Source: Octopus vulgaris
Lineage: Eukaryota
Direction of reading: 5' to 3'
DNA: 64,000 nt
Assembly (NCBI GenBank): GCA_951406725.2
Contig: OX597818.1
Coordinates: forward strand, 135,904,001-135,968,000
In this document: piece after piece, positions 25,401 through 34,820 of the stretch
Numbering within the stretch: the stretch's first letter is position 1
Layout of the letters: every line of letters starts with the position of its first letter
Made by a program: the position numbers and the translations under genes
The notes under the pieces: model-generated
Seen by the model: only the letters and a program-made list of their open reading frames with translations
What the model was told of the DNA's origin: nothing
Databases searched by the model: none

Positions 25401-28400
25401 TTTACTGAATAAACCCCAGTAGTTATTTTACTGTCCTTGAAGGGATAAGAGTTAAAGATAGTGGCAGAGGAATTGATCTCAATACTAAATATTGTAAAAT
25501 CATTTGTTAATCTATCATATCTACTACTTAACCACCTTTATAAAAGAATGCTAATACTAAACCTATACTGTTTCAAAGTGCATGCAACAATATATTAAGG
25601 CATTCAATCAGTGATTCAGTGTTGTTTTTGTCTATTTTAACAGTTTAAACATTCACATGCTTTACTAATATATATGACTAACAAGTGTCAAATAACCTAC
25701 CATCAAGAATAAACATTGAAAAATGTGGTCCTAGAAAAGATGGTTACAGTTGGGATGCATTTAATTACAGATCTACACGATCAAGCCTGATCTCTGGGGC
25801 TAAATAACAACTACCTAGAGATGTTTTGCGAGGTGTGTTTTAAAGCCAACTATCTGTAAGCAAGTTTAATAATGTGTCTATTGACAGCATGCAATAGTTT
25901 TTGCACAATTTCAACTAGTATGTAATGGTTTTTGCAGGATTTGAATTTATGCACAATGGTCAGTAAACAAGTAATTTAACCACCTGACCATCACATTAGT
26001 TTTGTCTTTATTCTGTTACTAAATAAATAGGCTTAGTCTAATAACACTTTAACTTCTTCTATTCTAATGCTGTGACTATACCTTTGTTGAAATAGGGTTG
26101 ATTAAGAGAGTTGCTTTTGAAAAATGACAACAAATTAAGTTAAACTGATATAAAATAAAAATGTTTAACTTTGATATTCAAATCTTTAAGTGTAAAGAAA
26201 ATTGAGTGCTCAATATTGTAAGTAAAGGGATATAAATTATTGGAAGCATAGAAAAGTAAACATTGATGAGGAAACAGAGTTTGTTTCTTTTAAAAGCAAG
26301 ATGTGTTTCAAGAGGCATATGGCAAATATTTTTCATGTTTCTTAAATGTATAAATATGCTGATAAAAATGAATTTTAAAGCAATTCTCAGTCAGGCTTCT
26401 GAGTGGACTGTTATTGCTGGCTTGGACTTAAAACAGAATAGATTAGTATTCAAAAGACAGTTACTGTTTAGGGTGCAAATGCTTGTAGCATTGTAGTTGC
26501 AAGCTAGAGAATGGACTGTTGTATTAATAGTTGGAAAGATTACTGAAATTAAAATAGTAAATGGAGCTAGCAAAATTTTTACAAGAGTAAATTACTTTAA
26601 TTATAATTCTGTTAAGAATTTTATAGCTTCATGGTATCTTTGATTCATTGAGAAAGGAAAAGGTTTTAAGTTAAAGGAGTTCTCGGCAATGTGGGAACAA
26701 ATGTTTTGACTGTATATTGGATTATATCATAAGTATTTCTTGTCTTTTTTACACTTGGAAACATTAGAGTGAACCATATATTGTATTTTATCCCTAAAAC
26801 TACTTTTACAAGGTACTCATAACAATGAAAAAGATTAATGAATGTGGCCTCATCTAAAGATAATGAAGATGTTTATTAACCAGTGATGGGGACTAAATTT
26901 ATATGAATAATAGAGGAAAGTTTGAATCCTTATATATATATATTTTCTTTTGGTTTCAGTATAGGTAAAATTTATGCCTTGAAATTTAAAGTAATGTCCA
27001 AAAAATAACTATGATAAGATTCTTAAATTTATTTCTCTAAACAACCCCATGAAATAATCATCATCATCATCATTTAATGTCTATTGTCCATGCTGAAATG
27101 GGTTGGATAGTTTGACCAGGGCTGGTAAGGTGATGGGGTGCATCAGGCACCAGTCTGATTAGGCATGGTTTCTATGATTGGATACCCTTTTTAACACCAA
27201 CCACTCCAAGAGTGTAATGGGTGCTTTTATGTGCCACCAGCATGGCTGCTAGTTGTGTGACATCAGTATCTGCCATGACCATGATTTCACTTGGCTTGAT
27301 GGGTCTTCTACTCCAGCACAACATATTGCCAAAGGTTTTGGTCATTTATCATTGCCTCTGTGGGGCCCAACACTCGAAAAGTACTTTTTACTGTTGTAGT
27401 AGAGCTGCTGTAGTTGGAAAGTCACGTGACACTGACATCGGTCATGACTATGATTTCACTTGACTTGATGGGTCTTCTCAAGTACAGCATGTTGCCAAAT
27501 GTCTCAGTCACTAGTTATTGCCTCCATGAGACATAATGTTCAAAGATCATGCTTCACCACCTTGTCCCATGTCTTCCTGGGCCTACCTCTTCCACAGTTA
27601 GAGATCAGCACTTCTTTACACAGCTGTCCTTGTCTATATGTATGACATGACCATACCAGCACAGTTGTCTCTCTTGCATACCACATCTGATGCCTATTAT
27701 GCCCAACTTTTCTCCCAAGATGCTTACACTCTGTTGTTCGTGCACATTGACATTGCACATCCAGTGAAGCATGCTAGATTCAATTTTTACAAGCCTATGC
27801 ATATCCTTGGTGGTCACAGCCTATGTTTCACTGCTATGTAGCATAGCTGTTCACACACAAGCATCATTCAGTCTGCTTTTCACTCTGAAGGAGAAGCCCT
27901 TTGTTGCCAACAGAGGTAGGAGCTTTCTGAACTTTGCCTAGCCTATTCTTTTTCTTACAGCTATGCTCTTGGAGCATCCACCTCTGCTAATAACTTGGTC
28001 ACCTAGATAACAGAAGCTGTCAACTACCTCTAGCTTACCTCACTGGCATTTGCTAGACTATTTTCTGTACATTTTTAGTGTTTATTGTACCTGTGCACCT
28101 TCCACACACAAAAACTGTTTTCCCAGTTAACCTTCCACTGATATTGCTACACTTCTTATGTGTCCATAGCTTGCACCAGGTACTGCTAGGTTAACTCTAA
28201 GGTCCTTCAATTCTAGACCTTGTTTCCACACTTGAAATTTCTTCTCTAGTTCTGATAGTGATTCAGCTATAAGAACAAGATCATCAGCATAGAGGAGCTC
28301 TCAGGGGCAGCTCATCTCAAATTTCTCTGTTATTGCCTGGAGGACTATGATGAACAAGTGGGGGCTAAGGACTGATCCTTGGTGAACCCCTACTTGTATC

Positions 28401-29734
28401 CAGAATTCATTGCTTTATTCCTTGCCAACCCTGGCCTTACTGACTGCATCCTTGTACAGCTCTCATCAATCATTCTTCTATACCTAATTTCCACATTGAC
28501 CACCAGATAAAGGAATCAGGGAACCCTGTCAAAAGCATTTTCCATGTCAACAAAATCCAAGTACAGAGGTTTATCTTTGGCATGGTACTTCTCCTGCAGC
28601 CAGAAATATAGCATCAGTGGTGCTTCTTGCAAGACTGCAAGATCATCATCTTTGCATAGTAGAAAATCTTTTATAAAATGTTCCAGAATATAAATTCCAA
28701 TCATTTCACATAATTCAGTTCCATTGTGTTACCCCATAGGAACACCAAACTATTTGCTACCTATTTCTTTTAAACCCAGGATTATTTATTGAAAAGCAGG
28801 AGGCACTTCTTTGCATGCATAATAATCATAATACCAGATTCAATAACTGATGTGATGTTAATGACAAAATTTAAGGTTTTGTAGAGGAGATTAGTTAAGA
28901 ATGACAGAATCGATATCAAATTGCTTGTTTTTGCAATGTTGTCTATCCTTATTATTATTAACTTATTTGATTATGGATTTACTGCTGTTCTTTAATGGGA
29001 GAAATAGTATTACTTCTGTTACAAGTATAATATAATATAGAATGTACTTACAACTGTACCTAATTTAGTTTTGTCAGGGTTGATTAAACTATGTTTTGTA
29101 TTGCTGGTCAAATTAGGTATGTCATCTTTAAATGGTGTGTCTGGAACTAAATATTCTACTCTGTCATCTACTCTGTCTTTGGTGTCAATGTTTATAGAGT
29201 TATGGCTAATGCTATAATCTTTGTAAATGATAGTTATGCTATTGAATAATAGTTTGTACTGAGTATTTTTGTTTGCATCCTAAAGAATTAAAAAAAATTT
29301 AGTTGTGATATTAAATTCTTCATTTATTTTTGAAAACTGTTGAGGATTTTTCTCAAGCTTAACCTTTTTTACCAAGTTAAAAAAGTATGCTTCAAGTGAT
29401 TCCAGTTATTAACTTGTTGAAGGTCGTTTCCTTGTTCTAAACTTGAACTAGTTAATTGGGTGAGTTCCAGGGTATCTTTGTCAAAAAATATGCATAATAT
29501 CTCATTCATATAAAATATCCCGAGTTTTCAATAACACATTTTAGGTAGTAGTTTTTGGATCAATAAAATGACATGAACATGTAAGTGTAAACAAGATGAA
29601 AAGAGAGTACTCAATTCTGAAAGTAGGTACTAAAATTTACTAGGGGTTAAAAATTCACTAACACTACTTTGAGTTCCTTGATGCTTATCTTTGAATAATT
29701 ATGAAAAATAGATTATAGTATTTCATATAGAATT

Positions 29735-29765
<31 letters not shown>

Positions 29766-30311
29766 CACTGTATTGACCAGAGTATCAGGTGTTGTTATAC
29801 ATTGCTGGTAACGAATCATTTTTGCATTGTTGCAACTTTTGGATGAGCAGGTCTATATATATATATTGTATTAACGTCCTGAAATGATGGTTTCATCCAA
29901 GGAAATACTGGTTCAATAGCTAGTAATTTTGGGGAATGAATTTCCTTAAAATAATAGATACACATAAAAACATATAGTTTATATTCATTTAAAAGAAGAA
30001 AATGGAGATTAGGAAGTTTATATATATATATAGGTTTGTTCTCCTATCCATATATATATATATAAAATTTTTTTTCAGAATGAGATAAAAAAACCAAGGC
30101 TATAAAGATTTTAGAATATATATAAATAGAAGGTCTTACAGCTGTTTCCAGGATATTTATTATATCCCTTCATCGGAGATGGTGTAAGAAAATGGTCAAG
30201 CCATCTCTGACGAAGGGATATAATAAATATTCTGGAAATAACTGTAAGACCTTCTATTTATAAATGTTCTAAAATCTTCACAGCCTTGTTCTTTTTAATC
30301 TCATTTTGAAA

Positions 30312-30368
<57 letters not shown>

Positions 30369-31592
30369 TTTGTATATTTGTCAGTAGAGTGGGTGTATTA
30401 ATCAAAGTGTACAATATTATATATATATATCCATTACAGTCAATCTTAGATTGGTTTTGCACTAGGGGTTCAATGGAGTGTTAGGTAATTCTGATTATGT
30501 AACACTATTTCATTCCATAACTGTCATCTCCAAAGAGCACAGGGGTACTTAATCAGACTGTTACTTAACACTCTGTTGAACTCCCAGTGCAAAACCAATC
30601 AGTAAGATTGGCCATAATGTACACTTCAATTAATATATACTCTTTACTATTTTACTCTTTTACTTGTTTCAGTCATTTGACTGCGGCCATGCTGGAGCAC
30701 CGCCTTTAGTGAAGCAAATCGACCCCGGGACTTATTCTTTGTAAGCCCAGTACTTATTCTATTGGTCTCTTTTGCCGAACTGCTAAGTGACGGGGACGTA
30801 AACACACCAGCATCGGTTGTCAAGCAATGCTAGGGGGACAAACACAGACACACAAACACACACACACATATACGACAGGCTTCTTTCAGTTTCCGTCTAC
30901 CAAATCCACTCACAAGGCATTGGTAGGCCCGAGGCTATAGCAGAAGACACTTGCCCAAGATGCCACGCAATGGGACTGAACCCGGAACCATGTAGTTGGT
31001 TAGCAAGCTACTTACCACACAGCCACTCCTGCGCCTATGTGTGTGTGTGTGTGTAAATATAAAAACACATATACGTGTATATTCAGATTTATTAATTTGT
31101 GGTAAATCCATGTTGACATTGACCTTTGTCCTAATGTTTGTTTCACTTTAAATGCATTTCCAAGGTTTATTTATTAGAGTTTATTTTTCTGCTCTACAAG
31201 AAATTTCAGTTTTTGTCTTGAGTTTTTTTTCCTTTTTGTGCTCCAGTTGCTATTCATTGATTTTCATTATCAAGAAATATAAACAAACTTTCAAATGTGA
31301 CTGTCATTAATTTTGTACAAGATTTTCATTGTTTAATTGGGACTAACAACAGTGATTGTTCATTAAAGCAATATTTTCATTAGAGAATTATAGAAAAGTT
31401 GATTAACAGTTCTGAAAGAATTACATTAGTATGCTATATAGAATTTAAAAAGCAAATATTTGAACTGTTATGTGAAAAGAACAAGACAAATTAAAAAAAA
31501 AAAAACAATTGTTATATCATAGAAGTTTAGATTTGTTAGAATTACCTGTAGATAACAAAACATCCAGAAAATAGCTGTTTGCATCTTATATA

Positions 31593-31630
<38 letters not shown>

Positions 31631-32453
31631 GCTGGACTCAAGAGTCATCTTCGTAGTCATAAAGCGAGACAGATGAGTGACAACCTGGCCACTGGTGGTG
31701 GTGTAACACACCATACTAATCATATCTGTCGGGCATGTGGAAGAGAGTGTAATTCGGCAGGAGGACTTAAACGACATGCAAAGGTACATGAAGCCCAGTT
31801 ACAACTACAGCCGGCTTATTACCAGGTAAAGGTCTTAGTTGCCAATTTTGTACAAGACATTGTAGATCTTTAGCTGGGCTAAAAAGTCACATTTGATCAC
31901 AGCACCAGTAACAGTTAAGCTTCGTGCAATGGCCATACTTGATAACGAGGGCCAGGGTATGTATGTATGCCATATGGATGTATGTATGTATGTATGTATA
32001 GATATATATGTGTGTCTCTGTGTGTGTGTACATGTGCATGCATGTGTGTATCTAGGTGTGTGTGTGTGTATATATAAGATGCATACACATTAATAAAGAA
32101 ACAAAACATAATCTATAATATGAGTAGCTAATTAGTAGTCATGGATGCTTCCAGCAACCCCTGATTATAAAAGGAGTAAGATAAAAACAAAGAAACAGAA
32201 AAAAAAAAAGGACAAACCACTCATTTATTTTGATATTTTCAATTAAGCTGTTTCCTATTTTGAATCAGGTCTTAAATATAAAATACCTTCTTGGTCTATA
32301 TAAATATTTGAAAGTATTTCAAGGGCATTTGAAATATTTACAATTTTATCAAAGTATAGAATGAAGGTTTTTATACTTACAAGATGAAGAAATTACTTGT
32401 GAAAATACAAGCAAAATGAGACATATTACAAAGGTGCTTTTTCTTGATACCAT
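1267..32453 (-). CDS. Nrg: Neuroglian/L1CAM-family Ig cell-adhesion protein, spliced CDS, 3'-incomplete (signal peptide + Ig1-Ig4; exons 32381-32453, 14075-14161, 10933-11038, 9124-9503, 6123-6257, 4777-4879, 3390-3580, 3022-3153, 1267-1410)
   Basis: Nine exons join in one stop-free frame with matching intron phases (1,1,2,1,1,2,1,1,1). Motifs PPSITKQP..LPCMATGKPAPEYTWYKNGK, GNLYFANV, KCIFSGNPTP.V.W, RPYWV..PED and VIQCNASNENGYL are typical of L1-family Ig1-Ig4. It may be a paralogue rather than the 1:1 neuroglian orthologue. Confidence 0.88.
3022..3153 (-). CDS. Nrg: Neuroglian-like exon, Ig4 N-half (GC donor)
   Basis: SRPYWVTDPEDVTKGVDENVTFSCQALGRPKPDVKWYINGEPIE; the phase-compatible donor is T|GCAAGT. 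Confidence 0.88.
3390..3580 (-). CDS. Nrg: Neuroglian-like exon, Ig3 C-half
   Basis: NPTPTVVWKR...LIIKNVDFDDAGEYQCIGDN...FKVTVA; canonical AG/GT. Confidence 0.93.
3818..4637. mobile_element. piggyBac-type MITE interrupted by an RTE LINE 3' fragment (3873-4453)
   Basis: TTAA-CCCTTTAG left end and degenerate right end. The insert has a (CAT)n tail and sequence homologous to the RTE ORF end at about 27540. Confidence 0.75.
4777..4879 (-). CDS. Nrg: Neuroglian-like exon, Ig3 N-half
   Basis: QGSIKKPVEILWVSKTDIKVLRTDDLKMKCIFSG; tttttcag acceptor, GTATGT donor. Confidence 0.9.
5688..6106 (+). mobile_element. tRNA-derived SINE, family C, (AGTAAAAG)n tail
   Basis: A-box TGGCTGTGTGG, B-box GGTTCAGTCC, CORE-like CTTGGGCAAGTG; other copies at 323-490, 24790-25190, 30640-31035, 48932-49243, 57703-57943. 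Confidence 0.88.
6123..6257 (-). CDS. Nrg: Neuroglian-like exon, Ig2 C-half
   Basis: GNLYFANVRQHDYQDGNNYMCSANMFFLRIFGQGFDHVIKPEPVS; canonical AG/GT, 135 nt. Confidence 0.92.
6363..6751 (-). mobile_element. tRNA-derived SINE, family B, full length
   Basis: Head GGAGGCGCAATGGCCCAGTGGTTAGGGCAGCGGACTCGCGG...GGTTTCGATTCCC; TSD tttaggata. Confidence 0.92.
7017..7410 (-). mobile_element. Non-autonomous Helitron
   Basis: 5'-TC, subterminal hairpin CCCGAGCAACGCCGGG, 3'-CTAG, inserted between A and T, no TSD. Confidence 0.85.
7484..8083 (+). mobile_element. Degenerate mariner transposase remnant
   Basis: Frameshifted fragments MECKNKHFWHILLF.. and TGDEKW..YDN. Confidence 0.75.
8260..8570 (-). mobile_element. 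Penelope-like terminal-repeat remnant with decayed hammerhead motif (8347-8382)
   Basis: Similar to 16620-16990; minus strand reads CTACTAA-A-GAGTTATGCTT-GAAAC. Confidence 0.45.
8583..8884 (-). mobile_element. SINE family B, head-less copy
   Basis: Near-identical to 6367-6670. Confidence 0.9.
9124..9503 (-). CDS. Nrg: Neuroglian-like exon, Ig1 C-half and Ig2 N-half
   Basis: YTWYKNGKK...EDIGGYQCAAASKLG...VKLVCIPPKGTPKPTISW...RISMDYE; canonical AG/GT. Confidence 0.95.
9634..9908. mobile_element. hAT-type MITE
   Basis: Degenerate TIRs CAGTGGTACCTAAA / TTTGGGAACCTCTG; similar 8-bp flanks acctaaag / atctaaat. Confidence 0.55.
10624..10890 (+). mobile_element. CR1-clade LINE 3' fragment
   Basis: TRGHAYK..RKHFFTLRVAEAWNKL is the CR1 ORF2 C-terminus; (ATT)n tail. 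Confidence 0.85.
10933..11038 (-). CDS. Nrg: Neuroglian-like exon, Ig1 N-terminal half
   Basis: SNLPPSITKQPNKIGFIHSKQPLELPCMATGKPAP; ttttcag acceptor, GTAAGT donor. Confidence 0.92.
11432..11690 (+). mobile_element. tRNA-derived SINE, family E
   Basis: TGGCTTAGTGGTTAAGG A-box, GGTTTCGATTCC B-box; second copy at 39305-39563 on the minus strand. Confidence 0.85.
12625..12705 (-). mobile_element. Penelope-like terminal-repeat fragment (3' half of a hammerhead)
   Basis: Homologous to 30075-30160; minus strand ATATCCCAGAAACAGCTGTAAGGCC. Confidence 0.55.
14075..14161 (-). CDS. Nrg: Neuroglian-like exon 2, 87-nt symmetric linker exon (YISTKITKYQNENNLSEHSDIQIVPLTAE)
   Basis: ctttctttcag acceptor, GTAAGT donor, phase 1-1, open in the required frame; not in the supplied ORF track. 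Confidence 0.7.
15024..15280 (+). mobile_element. CR1-clade LINE 3' fragment
   Basis: AWNKLPASVV coding remnant; same 3'UTR end and ATT tail as 10624-10890. Confidence 0.8.
15802..16036 (+). mobile_element. Probable LINE 3'UTR fragment
   Basis: Pyrimidine-rich tract with repeated ACGATCCC..TTGATC, ending GGCTAATAAAGAAA. Confidence 0.35.
16600..17690 (-). mobile_element. Penelope-like retroelement 3' portion: decayed GIY-YIG endonuclease plus terminal repeat with hammerhead-like motif
   Basis: FTCTFTNVI*CISCSLCPSLYIGQ..LADRFVEHLQDI...FRREQGLI; hammerhead-like fold at 16701-16738. Confidence 0.85.
17690..18700 (-). mobile_element. Tc1/mariner-superfamily transposase fossil with a nested MITE (17942-18070)
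   Basis: NPSKSIRSIAKNMGVSE (HTH), WFFPDKKN, PYVWQQDS.PCHTS; the nested element has GGACA..TACCCCCC inverted ends. Confidence 0.8.
19049..19436 (-). mobile_element. SINE family B, full length
   Basis: TSD ggtttatcaat. Confidence 0.92.
19808..20062 (-). mobile_element. RTE-like LINE 3' end (second family), (ATGA)n tail
   Basis: RRVQFAGHC.R...LLLWKP...GR...MMDREVWR ORF C-terminus directly followed by GAAT repeats. Confidence 0.8.
20335..20586 (+). mobile_element. Family A retroposon
   Basis: Family core and (GAT)n tail. Confidence 0.85.
20905..21211 (+). mobile_element. Family A retroposon
   Basis: Family core, internal tandem units, GAT tail. Confidence 0.85.
21478..21685. mobile_element. 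piggyBac-type MITE, family 1
   Basis: TTAA TSD, CCCTTTA/TAAAGGG TIR; nearly identical to 44866-45095 apart from a deletion. Confidence 0.85.
22421..22564. repeat. Long palindromic hairpin, probably part of a non-autonomous DNA element (about 21945-22585)
   Basis: 41-bp perfect outer arms, 20-bp inner arms, GC-GAAA-GC loop. Confidence 0.8.
24790..25190 (-). mobile_element. Diverged SINE family C
   Basis: Homologous to 5688-6106. Confidence 0.75.
27057..28640 (-). mobile_element. RTE-clade LINE, 5'-truncated and decayed (RT, 3'UTR, GAT tail)
   Basis: LYLDFVDMENAFDRVP, GVHQGS, LLYADDL, WYGHV, GRGRPRKTW motifs with stops and frameshifts. Confidence 0.9.
28650..29420 (-). mobile_element. Possible highly decayed Penelope-like reverse transcriptase fragment
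   Basis: GVPMG motif at about 28732-28746 on the minus strand; otherwise weak. Confidence 0.3.
30067..30317. mobile_element. Inverted pair of Penelope-like terminal repeats, each with a minimal hammerhead-ribozyme-like motif
   Basis: Arms 30067-30182 and 30201-30317; CTGACGA/CCGATGA...GGATAT-loop-ATATCC...GAAACAGCTGTA. Confidence 0.7.
30393..30640. repeat. Diverged fold-back / MITE-like inverted repeat
   Basis: GATTGGTTTTGCACT..GTTCAA..GAGTGTTA versus TAACACTC..TTGAAC..AGTGCAAAACCAATC. Confidence 0.65.
30640..31035 (-). mobile_element. SINE family C, full length
   Basis: Reverse complement of 5688-6106. Confidence 0.9.
31625..31970 (+). mobile_element. LINE (RTE/BovB-like) 3' end encoding C2H2 zinc-finger remnants, (TATG)n tail
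   Basis: KAGLKSHLRSH, CRACGRECNSAGGLKRHAKVH and a frameshifted CQFCTRHCRSLAGLKSH; embedded in TATG repeats. Confidence 0.65.
32381..32453 (-). CDS. Nrg: Neuroglian-like coding exon 1, signal peptide MVSRKSTFVICLILLVFSQVISSS
   Basis: ATG in GCCATGG context, basic n-region and hydrophobic core, phase-1 GTAAGT donor. Acceptor tttgtttgtag puts the exon start at 32492, so there is an upstream non-coding exon. Confidence 0.8.
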
Positions 32454-32795
32454 GGCTGAGCCACTTCTGACCACTATAAGGCCTCTTTCTTCCTACAAAC
32501 AAACAAACAAATATATTAGTTTTTTGGAATTTGAGTTAAAAAAAAGAAGAGAGATATGTCAATTGGAAAAATGAAATTCTGAAATAAAAGGAACAAAATA
32601 TAACTTCAATTGATTTAAAGTTGAAGTTATACAGTCACGGCAGCGCAGTATAATTTTTTAAAGGCAGTGCTCCAGCATGGCCACAGTCAAATGACTGAAA
32701 CCAGTAAAAGAGTAAAAAAAAGAGAGAGATAGTCAATTGATTATGATTCTTTACAGCCACTTGTGAGAGCAGTGTGCAAATATTTGTGCATGTGT

Positions 32796-32839
<44 letters not shown>

Positions 32840-32840
<1 letters not shown>

Positions 32841-33224
32841 TAGCAGTATCGCCCGGCGTTGCTCGGGTTTGTAAGGGAAATAACTATAAAGCATTTTTAG
32901 AGAGTTATAGCCAAAAAATAGCAAAAAAATGCATTAAAAATGGGAAAAAAATGATGGTAAATTTTTTTTAAATCGTTGACTCATCGTAGACATTTTTAGA
33001 GAATTACTTCCCTTATATAATAGCGAAAAAATGCATTAAAATGGAAAAAAATGATGGTAAATTATTTTTAAAATCGTAGACGCGCGCTAATACCCAGAAG
33101 GGCTCGATATGAATCACGACTATAAGATACCCGGTTTTGGTTAAACTGCACCGCAAAATGTGGGAGTAGTTAGGAATCTAAATCGTAGGAGACAGACACA
33201 CAACCTTACTTTTATATATAAAGA
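32840..33224 (-). mobile_element. Non-autonomous Helitron
   Basis: TC...hairpin-CTAG; homologous to 7017-7410. Confidence 0.85.
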
Positions 33225-33226
33225 TA

Positions 33227-33264
<38 letters not shown>

Positions 33265-33747
33265 ACCTCGTGAGTCAGAGTGGCTGTTCTAGTGCATCAC
33301 CCTTGCCATCCACTAGGGCAACACCTTTTCAATTTTGTATACCAGGACCACGAGATGGTCTGAATTACAATTAACAACCATAACAACAAAACTAAATATG
33401 CAGTGATGATAACATCTGTACTATCAGTTGTTAAAAACTGACTTCATAGAAAGAGAGGAAAGAAACAAAAAAACAAGCTAACCGACAGAAGAGAACAAGA
33501 TGACGAGGATAATCAAGTAAATTTCTCATTATAATTACAAGGGAAATGTCTTACCATGTCAATTAATTATAGCAATAATATTATTATTCTCTCTCACCAG
33601 TATCATTGTCAACAGTTTTTGGTATGTTTTTGCTCAGTACTGATATTAACTGTTGTTGTAGTTTAGCCCCAGTGCATCTAGGACTACATTTATTCTATGT
33701 GCTCTTCTTTTTTTTCTCTAAAATATAGGGAATGAGTTAAAAGAGAT

Positions 33748-33975
33748 TTAACCCTTTAGTATTTAAACCGGCCATATCCGGCCAAAATATTTAATCTGTT
33801 TTATGTTCAAACTGACCAGATCCAGGCCCTCACACCTACCCTACAATGTTATTCTACATTAAAGTAATTACACCATCAAGATCTTGAAGATATGAGATAA
33901 TGCAGGATTTATTAAAGTCAATGTGAATCAATAAGCATTATGTTTGATAGAATAATCTGAACACTAAAGGGTTAA
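33748..33975. mobile_element. piggyBac-type MITE, family 1
   Basis: TTAA TSD and CCCTTTAG TIR. Confidence 0.85.
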
Positions 33976-34409
33976 TTGCTAATTCTAATAGGTTGAGGGG
34001 CTGCATAGAGGCTTCCTGGTTAGCTCTGACATAGTAGAATGGACCAACAAACCAGTCAGTCTTTTCAGTATTTTATGTACCAACTATATCTTTTTTTCTT
34101 TTAACAAGCTAAAGGAGTTTCAACAAAGCCACTCACATTAGTTAAAAATAGTAACCAAATCTCCCTTAAATTAAAATCCCACCATCTTAAAAAATGTAAG
34201 ACACATAAGAAATGTAGTATTCTAGACCCTTCTTTAAAAATAGCATTGTCATGTCGGGAATATACATGATTATAGGTGTACCTAATCAGGACTAATTTGG
34301 AGCTAAACAAAAACATTTTTTTTTAATTACTTCTGATGATTTTACTATTTTTATTTAAACAAAGTATTCCATTTATTTTCACATCATTAAAAATGGTGAA
34401 TATTTAGAA

Positions 34410-34820
34410 ACAGCCAGGACCCCTGGACTGGAGACACGTAAAAAGCACTATCCGAATCGTGGCTGATGCCAGCGCCGCCTCGACTGGCTTCCGTGTCGGT
34501 GGCACGTAAAAAGCACCATCCGAATCGTGGCTGAAGCCAGTGCCGCCTCGACTGGCTTCTGTGCCGGTGGCACGTAAAATGCACCAATCCGACCGTGGCC
34601 GATGCCAGCCTCGCCTGGCACCAGTGCAGGTGGCACGTAAAAAGCACCCACTACACTCACGGAGTGGTTGGCGTTAGGAAGGGCATCCAGCTGTAGAAAC
34701 ATTGCCAGATAAGACTGGAGCCTGGTGCAGCCTTCTGGCTTCCCAGATCCCCGGTCGAACCGTCCAACCCATGCTAGCATGGAAAGCGGATGTTAAACGA
34801 TGATGATGATGATGATGATG
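34410..34820 (+). mobile_element. Family A retroposon with about 68-bp internal tandem units
   Basis: GCACGTAAAA(A/T)GCAC recurs four times; (GAT)n tail. Confidence 0.88.

Noticed and set aside
31604-31873. Host C2H2 zinc-finger gene
   Set aside because: The start lies in a microsatellite, there is a frameshift, no splice sites, and a LINE-type repeat tail
34433-34650. Regularly spaced 15-bp repeat resembling a CRISPR array
   Set aside because: The spacers are homologous to one another, it lies inside a eukaryotic retroposon, and there are no cas genes
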